Assembly: GCA_942493095.1 (NCBI GenBank)
Contig: OW818675.1
Coordinates: forward strand, 780,001 to 812,000
Direction: 5' to 3'
DNA from: Candidatus Electronema halotolerans
Lineage (GTDB): Bacteria; Desulfobacterota; Desulfobulbia; Desulfobulbales; Desulfobulbaceae
DNA: 32,000 bases
The position numbers and the translations under genes were made by a program. Positions 9,906 through 16,643 of this stretch are shown here, piece by piece. The notes under the pieces are model-generated. The model did not search any database. It was given only the letters and a program-made list of their open reading frames with translations, and was not told the DNA's origin. The stretch's first letter is position 1, and every line of letters begins with the position of its first letter.

Positions 9906-11195
9906 GTGGGAACCCGGCACAAAATAATCAATGGCGATAGTCGGCAGATGAATTTGCTGCCTGACGAATCGGTGCATCTGATCGTCACTTCGCCGCCCTA
10001 CTGGCAGCTTAAAGATTATGGCACGGAAGAACAGATCGGCTATAACGAGAGTTATGAAAGCTATATCAACAATCTAAATTTAGTCTGGAATGAGTGTCAT
10101 CGGGTTCTCCATCCCGGATGCAGGCTCTGCATCAACATTGGCGACCAGTTTGCCCGCGCAGTCTATTATGGCCGCTATAAAATAATTCCAATCCGCACGG
10201 AAATCATCAAATTCTGTGAGACTGTCGGCTTTGATTACATGGGAGCCATTATTTGGCAAAAGGCAACCACGACAAACACCACTGGCGGAGCTGTCATTAT
10301 GGGCAGTTTTCCCTATCCACGCAACGGCATTGTCAAAATTGACTATGAATTTATTCTGATCTTCAAAAAGCAGGGCAATGCACCTAAGCCAAGTCAAGAG
10401 CAGAAAGAGCGTTCCGTCCTCAGCAAGGAAGAATGGAACACCTGTTTTGCCGGTCATTGGAATTTTGCCGGGGCAAAACAAGATGGACATCTTGCCATGT
10501 TTCCTGAAGAACTGCCTGCCAGATTGATAAAAATGTTCAGTTTTGCCGAGGAAACAGTCTTGGACCCTTTTCTCGGCAGCGGCACCACTTCATTGGCGGC
10601 AAGAAATCTGCGGCGAAACTCAGTTGGCTATGAAATAAATCCTCAATTTATCGAGATCGTAAAACAGAAGCTGAATGTTTGCCAAAGCGATCTTGCCGGA
10701 ACTGAATACGAATTTCTCAACGATGAAGCAGCAGTCAATGCAAAAGAGAAAGTTGATAGTCTGCCGTATATCTTCCGTGATCCGCATACGCTGAACACAA
10801 AGATTGATCAGAAAAAACTTCAGTTTGGCTCAAAGATTGATCAGAACAGCGGCGAGCGGGAGGAATATTTTTCTGTCAAGGAAGTGATCAGTCCTGAATT
10901 GTTGAAATTAGACAATAACTTGACTGTCCGGCTGATTGGGATTAAAGAGAATCCGGCAACACGGGCGGAAGCTGTCAGTTTTCTTGTTGAAAAAACAAAG
11001 CGGCAGAAGGTGTTCATGAAGTTTGACAGCAGCAAATACGATGACAACAATAATTTGCTTTGTTATTTGTATTTGAAAAATAAAACATTTATCAATGCGC
11101 ACCTTCTGAAGCAGGGGCTTGCTGGTGTCAGTGCGGATGATGATTTTAAATACAAGAAAAAATTTATAAAAATTACAGAGCAGCTCAATGGATAG
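9906..11195 (+). CDS. Beta-class N4-cytosine/N6-adenine DNA methyltransferase with a C-terminal degenerate SNase-like (OB-fold) domain
   Basis: Motif IV IVTSPPYW (9990-10001) precedes motif I VLDPFLGSGTTSLAA, which is the beta-class order. The C-terminal ~110 aa (about 10866-11192) align by eye to staphylococcal nuclease. The start was moved to the GTG at 9906, 10 nt after the gmd stop; the track ORF start at 9834 overlaps gmd. Confidence 0.85.
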   Translation: MGTRHKIINGDSRQMNLLPDESVHLIVTSPPYWQLKDYGTEEQIGYNESYESYINNLNLVWNECHRVLHPGCRLCINIGDQFARAVYYGRYKIIPIRTEIIKFCETVGFDYMGAIIWQKATTTNTTGGAVIMGSFPYPRNGIVKIDYEFILIFKKQGNAPKPSQEQKERSVLSKEEWNTCFAGHWNFAGAKQDGHLAMFPEELPARLIKMFSFAEETVLDPFLGSGTTSLAARNLRRNSVGYEINPQFIEIVKQKLNVCQSDLAGTEYEFLNDEAAVNAKEKVDSLPYIFRDPHTLNTKIDQKKLQFGSKIDQNSGEREEYFSVKEVISPELLKLDNNLTVRLIGIKENPATRAEAVSFLVEKTKRQKVFMKFDSSKYDDNNNLLCYLYLKNKTFINAHLLKQGLAGVSADDDFKYKKKFIKITEQLNG

Positions 11196-11898
11196 ACCGA
11201 AAAAATATTCGCTGGACTTTGGCAAGAAAGAAAAAGTCTTAAATTACACCTGCCAAACCTATCAGCTATCGAGACCAAAAAAAGTTGGTGCAGTCATGGC
11301 ATTGATCAGAGAATGCCAGCCAGCAACGTTGCAGGAATGGGAAGAATGGTATTTTCAGAATGCTTGTGCCGCCGATAAGAATAAGACCAAAATAACAAAT
11401 GATTTGTTGCATGAGCTTGGCGAAAGGCTCTATGATAAAGTTACAAAAGTTGTCATTCCTGAATGGCGGGAAGCATTCAGCCAGCTCACCCTGCAAGACT
11501 GTATTGATTATATTTACAATCTCACCATCAACAGAACCTTTGACGGATTTTTGCGGGAAAAATCTGTCGTGCATAATGGCTTGGCCAAACATTTCCCGCA
11601 ATTGACCTTTGAAGAAAGTGACCCTGAGCTTGACCACTCCGGTGATGTTGATTACATCGCCAAAGTCGGCAGCAAGGCATTTGGCCTGCAAATCAAACCG
11701 GTCACAGCTAAGGCAAATTTCGGCAATTACTCACCCAGCGAGCGGATGAAGGCGAGTTTTCAAGAATTTGAGGAAGAATACGGCGGCAAAGTCTTCATCA
11801 TTTTCAGCTTGGACGGAGAAGTTGCCAACAAGGATGTTCTCGATGAAATCAAAAAGGAGATAGAGCGGTTAAGCAGATTGCAGCAGTCTGCCAGATGA
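11188..11898 (+). CDS. Putative type II restriction endonuclease, cognate to the adjacent methyltransferase
   Basis: 8-nt overlap with the MTase stop. It is AT-rich like the MTase. A candidate PD-(D/E)XK-like core is GDVDYIAKVGSKAFGLQIKP. The function is inferred from context. Confidence 0.5.
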   Translation: MDRPKKYSLDFGKKEKVLNYTCQTYQLSRPKKVGAVMALIRECQPATLQEWEEWYFQNACAADKNKTKITNDLLHELGERLYDKVTKVVIPEWREAFSQLTLQDCIDYIYNLTINRTFDGFLREKSVVHNGLAKHFPQLTFEESDPELDHSGDVDYIAKVGSKAFGLQIKPVTAKANFGNYSPSERMKASFQEFEEEYGGKVFIIFSLDGEVANKDVLDEIKKEIERLSRLQQSAR

Positions 11899-12092
11899 AA
11901 AAATTGCGAATTCAAGTTCCAAGTGCAACTTTTCAGCAGACTCCTGAAAACAGCTTTTTCAGCTGTGCTGAATCCTAAAAATTTTCGTAACCTGACACTG
12001 TTTTTTCGTAAAAACGGTTATGGCTTGTCTGCCTTAACCAATGAATCTGACAGCGTTTCGATGAGCTGTGTGCGCTTCTCATTCACGCACCT

Positions 12093-12150
12093 CTTACAGG
12101 ATGGCAAGAATTCTGTAAGAACGCGCTTTTTTCCTGCCTCGGAAAAAGTT
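12093..12150. terminator. Hairpin pair between the convergent R-M and ABC operons (possible bidirectional terminator)
   Basis: CTTACAG-13nt-CTGTAAG (12093-12119) is followed by GCGCTTTTTTCC, then a CTTTTTTCC/GGAAAAAG hairpin. The stems are AT-rich and the call is weak. Confidence 0.3.
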
Positions 12151-12208
12151 GCATTTGGAACTTTAATCTACATTTTTGCAGCGATTTCAATGTATTTTCA
12201 ACCCATTC

Positions 12209-13012
12209 TCACACCTCACCATTGCCCATCTTGCAGCTCACTTGCAGGCAGCCGGTGAAGGCATCCTGCCGCACCTGCGCCTGCACCCCATAGACCTCAT
12301 GAATGACCTCTGGGCGCAGCACCGCCTCAGTCTCCCCGCAGCAGACCACCTGCCCATGCTTGAGGAAGAGCAGCTCGTCGCAGAACAGTCCGGCCAAATT
12401 GAGGTCATGCAGGGCCGCGACCACGGTCAGGCCCTGCTCATCCACCCGGCGGCGGAGCAGGCTGAGGATGGCTAACGAGTGGCGGATGTCCAAGTTGGAG
12501 GTGGCCTCATCCAAGAGCAGGGCTTCCGGCTCTTGGACCAAGGCGCGGGCAGCGGCAACCCGCTGCTTCTCGCCGCCGGAAAGCTGCGTCACTGGCCGTT
12601 CGGCCAGCCCAGCCACGCCCATCTCCGTCATCACCGCATCTGCCAAGGCATAGTCCTGCGCGGTCATTGAGGCCAGCCTGCCCAAGTGAGGGTGGCGGCC
12701 CATCTCCACAGCCTCGCGCACAGAGAAGTCAAAGCGGAGGGCAAAGTCCTGCGGCACCAAGGCCACCCGGCGGGCAAGCTGACGGCGGCTCCACTGCCGG
12801 AGCGGCTGGCCACGATAGGTCAGCGTGCCGCTGTCCGGCTCCAGCAGGCCGCAGAGCAGATCAAGCAGGGTGGTCTTGCCGCTGCCGTTCGGGCCAAGGA
12901 TGCCGCACCAGCGGCCCGGCCTGATCGTCAGACTGATTGCATCCAGCACCGAGCGGCTGCTGCGGGCCAGGCTCACGTCCTCAAGCTGCCAGAGCAGGTC
13001 AGAAGCCGCCAT
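12209..13012 (-). CDS. ABC transporter ATP-binding protein, iron-chelate/cobalamin (BtuD/FecE-like) type
   Basis: Walker A GPNGSGKTTLL, signature LSGGEKQRV and Walker B LLLDEATSNLD. It overlaps the permease gene by 14 nt. Confidence 0.9.
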   Translation of the reverse strand: MAASDLLWQLEDVSLARSSRSVLDAISLTIRPGRWCGILGPNGSGKTTLLDLLCGLLEPDSGTLTYRGQPLRQWSRRQLARRVALVPQDFALRFDFSVREAVEMGRHPHLGRLASMTAQDYALADAVMTEMGVAGLAERPVTQLSGGEKQRVAAARALVQEPEALLLDEATSNLDIRHSLAILSLLRRRVDEQGLTVVAALHDLNLAGLFCDELLFLKHGQVVCCGETEAVLRPEVIHEVYGVQAQVRQDAFTGCLQVSCKMGNGEV

Positions 13013-14036
13013 TGTCCTGCTGCCGCCGCTTGAAGATGCAGGCGAAAAAGGGGCCGCCGATCAGCGAGGTCAGCACCCCAATGGGCACTTCCGCAGGCAG
13101 CACGGCCCTAGTCAGGGTGTCAGCACAGAGGAGGAGGAGGCCGCCGCCAAGAAAGGATAGCACGATCAGGCGGCGGTTGTCCGGGCCTGCCAGATGGCGG
13201 AGCAGATGCGGGGCGACTAAGCCGACAAAGCCGATGATCCCGGACACGGCCACGCAGAGGGCGGTCATCAGGGAGCAGGTGAGAAGGAGGGTCCAGCGCA
13301 GGCGGGCCGTATTTACGCCCAGTGAGGCAGCGGCCCGTTCACCTGCGGCCATGATGTTGAGATCGCGGCTGAAGAGCAGGCAGATTGCGGAACCGGCTGC
13401 GGCTGCCGGAGCGAGCAGGAGCAAATCCTGCCGGGAGGCACTGGACAGGGAACCCATGAGCCAGAAGATGATGATGCTGACCTGCTCGTCTGCCAGGAAC
13501 TTGAGGAAGCCGATGGCGGCGGAGAGGATGGCCGCGACAATCACCCCGGAGAGAATCAGGCTGGACGAGGAAAGCCGCCGGTCGCCAGCAGCTAAGGTCA
13601 GCACTGCCATCAGGGCGGCAATGCTGCCGATAAAGGCGAAGATCGGCACAGAGACGCTCTGCGGCAGGGCCAAGCCTGCCACTTGCAGGACTATGGCCAA
13701 CGAGGCTCCAAAGGCTGCGCCGGACGAGACCCCCAAGGTGTAGGGATCAGCAAGGGGATTGAGGAGGATGGCTTGAAAGACTGTGCCGCAGACTGCCAAC
13801 ATGCCGCCCACCAGCACTGCCGCGACAATCCGGGGCAGGCGCACATCCAGCACTACGGCCACGACTGCCGAATCAAGCCCGGCCCCAAGTGAGGGAAAAC
13901 AGCGGCTGCCGACTGCCTTGGCCACAGACTGGACTGGGATGTTCATGAAGCCCATGCCTGCGGCGGTCAGCATGGCGGTCAGCAGCAGGAGCAGCAACGC
14001 CCCTGCTGCCCACGGAAAGCCGAGCCGGGCGGCCAT
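12999..14036 (-). CDS. FecCD-family ABC permease (BtuC-like)
   Basis: 345 aa polytopic protein. It has the typical FecCD features LNPLADPYTLGVSSGAAFG and GIIGFVGLVAPHLLRHL. Confidence 0.9.
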   Translation of the reverse strand: MAARLGFPWAAGALLLLLLTAMLTAAGMGFMNIPVQSVAKAVGSRCFPSLGAGLDSAVVAVVLDVRLPRIVAAVLVGGMLAVCGTVFQAILLNPLADPYTLGVSSGAAFGASLAIVLQVAGLALPQSVSVPIFAFIGSIAALMAVLTLAAGDRRLSSSSLILSGVIVAAILSAAIGFLKFLADEQVSIIIFWLMGSLSSASRQDLLLLAPAAAAGSAICLLFSRDLNIMAAGERAAASLGVNTARLRWTLLLTCSLMTALCVAVSGIIGFVGLVAPHLLRHLAGPDNRRLIVLSFLGGGLLLLCADTLTRAVLPAEVPIGVLTSLIGGPFFACIFKRRQQDNGGF

Positions 14037-14038
14037 CC

Positions 14039-15034
14039 TTATTTCAGAGTGATGCCCGCATCTGCGGCTGCGTCCTCGGCATGACGGACAAACAGCTCGG
14101 CAAAGGCATCGATCTCGCCCAGCCCCTGCTCCACGGTAATCACCTCAAAGCCGTTCTTCTCCATGATCGTCTTCCAAGACTCCTCTTTCGGGTCGGTGCC
14201 AGCCATGTCATTCATGGCATGATCACCAGCCACGATCATGCAGGGCTTGAGCACCACCTTCTTGACCCCGAACCGCTTCATCTTGTCCATCACGTCCTCA
14301 AGGGCAGGAAAGCCCTCGACCGTGCCGATCAGGGTCACCACATCCGGGTACAGGGCGCGCATCTGGTCGGCCAGCTCCAAGTACGAGCCGCCGGAAGGAA
14401 AATGCTCATTGCCGTGGCCCATATAGACCAAGGCCGCCTTTTCCTGCCGGGCCAGTTCTGCGTCTGCTGCCAAGGCTTTGGCCGCCTCCATCACATCCTC
14501 GCTGTATGGATGGGCGATGCCGTAGGTTCCCAAGGCCGGGCGGCCCAGCACCACCTTGTGAAAGGGCTTGTATTTCTTCTTCTTGATCGTGCCCATGCGC
14601 AGCAGACTATCTACATACGTGCCAAGATCAAGGTATTCCTCGCCCATCGCAATATGGGTCGGCTGAAGGACGATGGTGTCATAGCCCTGATCCTGAAGAT
14701 CGGCAATGGTGGCCAGCACGGTCTTGACGTGCAGCACTTCCGCTGGAATCTCAGGATGGGCTTTGACATACTCAGAGTCAGCAGACCGCTTGCGCCATTT
14801 CTTACGGATGATGTTGGAGGTGAAGCCGATCCGCACCGGTGTTTCCGGGAATTTCTCCATAATCTTAGCCCGGATGTTGAGCAGCCCCTTCAAGCCCGAC
14901 TCAACTGTGGTGCCGAACATGGCCAAGACAATGGCGTTCTTATGCTCCACCTTCCATTTCTCCCCTTCCGCAGCCTGTCCAGCCGCCGCATTGACAAGCA
15001 GCAGCATGGTCAGAATCAACACGTTCAGTTTCAT
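14039..15034 (-). CDS. cbiK: Periplasmic CbiK-type sirohydrochlorin cobaltochelatase homolog with a signal peptide
   Basis: Aligns by eye with Salmonella CbiK (AMFGTT, IGFTS, VYMGHGNEH, LKPCMIVAGDHAMNDMAG, ESWK, GLGE). The start was moved to MKLNVLILTMLLLVNAAAGQA (Sec-type signal), which follows the RBS GGAAAGGAG. The longer track ORF (to 15217) would read through the riboswitch. Confidence 0.85.
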   Translation of the reverse strand: MKLNVLILTMLLLVNAAAGQAAEGEKWKVEHKNAIVLAMFGTTVESGLKGLLNIRAKIMEKFPETPVRIGFTSNIIRKKWRKRSADSEYVKAHPEIPAEVLHVKTVLATIADLQDQGYDTIVLQPTHIAMGEEYLDLGTYVDSLLRMGTIKKKKYKPFHKVVLGRPALGTYGIAHPYSEDVMEAAKALAADAELARQEKAALVYMGHGNEHFPSGGSYLELADQMRALYPDVVTLIGTVEGFPALEDVMDKMKRFGVKKVVLKPCMIVAGDHAMNDMAGTDPKEESWKTIMEKNGFEVITVEQGLGEIDAFAELFVRHAEDAAADAGITLK

Positions 15035-15070
15035 GGCAGACTCCTTTCCTGCGATCCGGGAACAAGGCAT

Positions 15071-15108
15071 AAAAAAATCCCGGATCAATTGCATAATTGA
15101 CCCAGGAT
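15071..15108 (-). terminator. Intrinsic terminator/attenuator (riboswitch expression platform)
   Basis: Minus strand: ATCCTGGGTCAATT-ATGC-AATTGATCCGGGAT followed by TTTTTTT. It lies between the aptamer and the cbiK start. Confidence 0.6.
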
Positions 15109-15169
15109 GCCCATTCTGGCCCGGATGCCTGTTCCTCCCCCTTTGCCGAGAGGGGCGGAACACCTTGTT

Positions 15170-15324
15170 CAGGCAGGTTTTCTGACTTCCGGCTCTTCCT
15201 CTGCCGCGCCTTCCCATCCCAAAACGGACAGTGACATCATGCGGCTTTGTCCCCGGTCACAGCAGCGGGCCTGTCCCGGATTCGCACCGGGTTCCCTTTT
15301 CATCCGCCCGCAGGCAGACACCTG
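15170..15324 (-). promoter_or_regulatory. Cobalamin (B12) riboswitch aptamer
   Basis: Minus strand: AAAAGGGAACCCGGTGCGAATCCGGGACAGGCCCGC (15300-15265), then ..CACTG..GGGAAGGC.. and the B12 box AGTCAGAAAACCTGCC (15187-15172). P1 is CAGGT...ACCTG. This matches the classical consensus elements. Confidence 0.85.
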
Positions 15325-15334
15325 AAACAGGCGC

Positions 15335-15363
15335 ACTTTAGCCTGCCAAGGCTGCAACGTCAA
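15335..15363 (-). promoter_or_regulatory. Candidate sigma70 promoter driving the riboswitch operon (TTGACG, 17 nt spacer, TAAAGT)
   Basis: -35 TTGACG is at 15363-15358 and -10 TAAAGT at 15340-15335, about 10 nt upstream of riboswitch P1. It starts only 18 nt after the stop of the upstream Met-rich gene. Confidence 0.55.
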
Positions 15364-15380
15364 GGGAGAAGAGAATATTA

Positions 15381-16451
15381 TTACATGCCCATGCTTGGCA
15401 TCATACCCATACCGCCGCCCATCATACCACCCATGCTCGGCATCATCCCCATGCCGCCGCCCATCATGCTCATGTTCGGCATGCCCATACCCATTCCTGG
15501 CATCATCCCCATGCCGCTGGAAGACATGTCATCGCTGTAACCGCCCCCCATACTACTTCTAGGGAAGGGAAAGTTAGGATTATTCATGATGCCCTGCTGC
15601 ATGTACTGCATCTGTCGTGGGATAATTGATTGACTAACATACGGAGCCATGTTCGGCATCATCGCACTCTGGAATCGGCTGGGGAAGTTCCACGGCTGAA
15701 TCTGGCTGATCATACTCTGTATTGCCCCTGGCTGAACCACGGGCATAAACATCCTCTGACCCATCCGAGAAATATCGTTTATCCGGTTTCCCATAATCTG
15801 ATTTCGGATGTTATTTCTCATCTGATAAATCGGAGACATGCTGTTCGACATGCCCTGATTAAGTTGGTTCAGGTTTTGATTAGCCATAGCCATAGCCCCA
15901 TACTGCTGCTGCTGTTGCGGCAAATTCCGAACACCCTGCCAGACCACCCGACGAAGATCAACTGTTGGCATGAGACTGCTGCTGGAACCGCTTGACGGAT
16001 AGCTGCTGCCCATGCCCATGCTTGGCATCATGCCCATACCGCCGCTCATGCCGCCCATCATCCCCATGCTGCTGCTTGGCATCATGCCCATACCGCCGCT
16101 CATGCCGCCCATCCCCATGCTGCTGCTTGGCATCATGCCCATACCGCCGCTCATGCTGCCCATCCCCATGCTGCTGCTTGGCATCATGCCCATACCGCCG
16201 CTCATGCTGCCCATCCCCATGCTGCTGCTTGGCATCATGCCGTTTCCGGCATAGGTGCTGGCCAGCATGTTGGGATTGACCGGCATGGTGAAACCGCTGG
16301 ACATTCCTGCGGAGGAATTGTTCATGCCCATCTGGCCATTGTCGTAGGAATACGAACTCATATCGTTCGGGTCCTCCCATCCGCCCGCCCATACTGACGA
16401 CGCGGCCAAGCAGACAAGAGCTGTTCCCAACACCACACTGACTTTTTTCAT
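15381..16451 (-). CDS. Secreted methionine/glycine/serine-rich protein A (uncharacterised family)
   Basis: 356 aa. RBS GAGGAGAGAAAATG. Signal peptide MKKVSVVLGTALVCLAASSVWA. About 75 Met by manual count. The mature chain has no His or Cys. It carries 17-aa GMGMMPSSSMGMGSMSG repeats and a Q/N/M-rich core shared with the upstream paralog. Confidence 0.8.
   Translation of the reverse strand: MKKVSVVLGTALVCLAASSVWAGGWEDPNDMSSYSYDNGQMGMNNSSAGMSSGFTMPVNPNMLASTYAGNGMMPSSSMGMGSMSGGMGMMPSSSMGMGSMSGGMGMMPSSSMGMGGMSGGMGMMPSSSMGMMGGMSGGMGMMPSMGMGSSYPSSGSSSSLMPTVDLRRVVWQGVRNLPQQQQQYGAMAMANQNLNQLNQGMSNSMSPIYQMRNNIRNQIMGNRINDISRMGQRMFMPVVQPGAIQSMISQIQPWNFPSRFQSAMMPNMAPYVSQSIIPRQMQYMQQGIMNNPNFPFPRSSMGGGYSDDMSSSGMGMMPGMGMGMPNMSMMGGGMGMMPSMGGMMGGGMGMMPSMGM
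16008..16247 (-). repeat. In-frame 51-bp tandem repeat, 4 full units plus 1 partial, inside Met-rich gene A
   Basis: Plus-strand unit: cttggcatcatgcccataccgccgctcatg(c/t)(c/t)gcccatccccatgctgctg, repeated head-to-tail. One unit is 54 bp. It encodes aa 69-150. Confidence 0.9.
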
Positions 16452-16571
16452 TTTCTCTCCTCACATTAGCTGAATGCACCTGCTTCCTCTCAACAGTTAA
16501 TAGAGTAGCAAGTCCAGCGTGATTTGTAAAATTATTTTCTGGCAAATATACCCAATGCTGCGGCCTGCAAG

Positions 16572-16606
16572 AAAAAAGCCGGGGATGCGTTCCACATCTC
16601 CCGGCT
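16572..16606 (-). terminator. Intrinsic terminator after Met-rich gene B
   Basis: Minus strand: AGCCGGGAGATG-TGGAACG-CATCCCCGGCT followed by TTTTTTCTT, about 40 nt after the stop. Confidence 0.6.
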
Positions 16607-16643
16607 CTGATTCATCCTCCGGCAGGAGGAAGGCGATGAGTTC

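Noticed and set aside
11939-11946. An 8-nt match (gactcctg) to the T-arm/3' part of tRNA-Arg (7695-7771), located just after the R-M cassette. It could mark an att site of a tRNA-integrated island.
   Set aside because: Eight nucleotides is within chance expectation. There is no integrase, and the intervening UXS and gmd genes have native-looking composition. Only the R-M genes look foreign.
11923-12258. 111-aa ORF in the R-M/ABC intergenic region.
   Set aside because: It has a GTG start with no RBS, crosses hairpin-rich AT-rich spacer and runs into the 3' end of the convergent ABC ATPase gene. The product has no recognisable features.
12937-13743. Large antisense ORFs opposite conserved genes: 12937-13743 +, 14081-15100 +, 17449-18360 +, 19069-19818 +, 23628-24281 +, 25480-26298 +, 29990-30796 +, 7833-8612 -, 6917-7603 -, 4396-5082 -, 2566-3228 -.
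   Set aside because: Each lies fully inside a gene with clear family motifs on the other strand. Their products are Arg/Gly/His/Gln/Pro-rich with no motifs. This is a typical artefact of GC-rich coding DNA.
15035-15217. N-terminal extension of the cbiK ORF (track ORF 14039-15217, MGRRGRGRAGSQ...).
   Set aside because: The extension is Arg/Gly-rich and reads through the cobalamin riboswitch and its terminator. An internal ATG at 15034 has a GGAAAGGAG RBS and starts a clean signal peptide.
16008-16247. Regular repeats that could superficially suggest a CRISPR array.
   Set aside because: The units are contiguous with no unique spacers. The period is 51 bp, in frame inside a CDS. There are no cas genes and no palindromic repeat structure.
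15958-16545. Long ORFs overlapping Met-rich gene A in other frames or on the other strand. Examples are 15247-15540 +, 15992-16279 +, 16012-16254 + (MPMLGIMPIPPLMPP repeats) and 15958-16545 - (HGDGQHERRYGHDAKQQ repeats).
   Set aside because: They are frame-shifted or mirror images of an ATG/GGC/AGC-rich repeat and so are stop-free by composition alone. They lack RBS and signal features. The chosen frame has a strong RBS, a signal peptide and a paralog with a conserved non-repetitive core.
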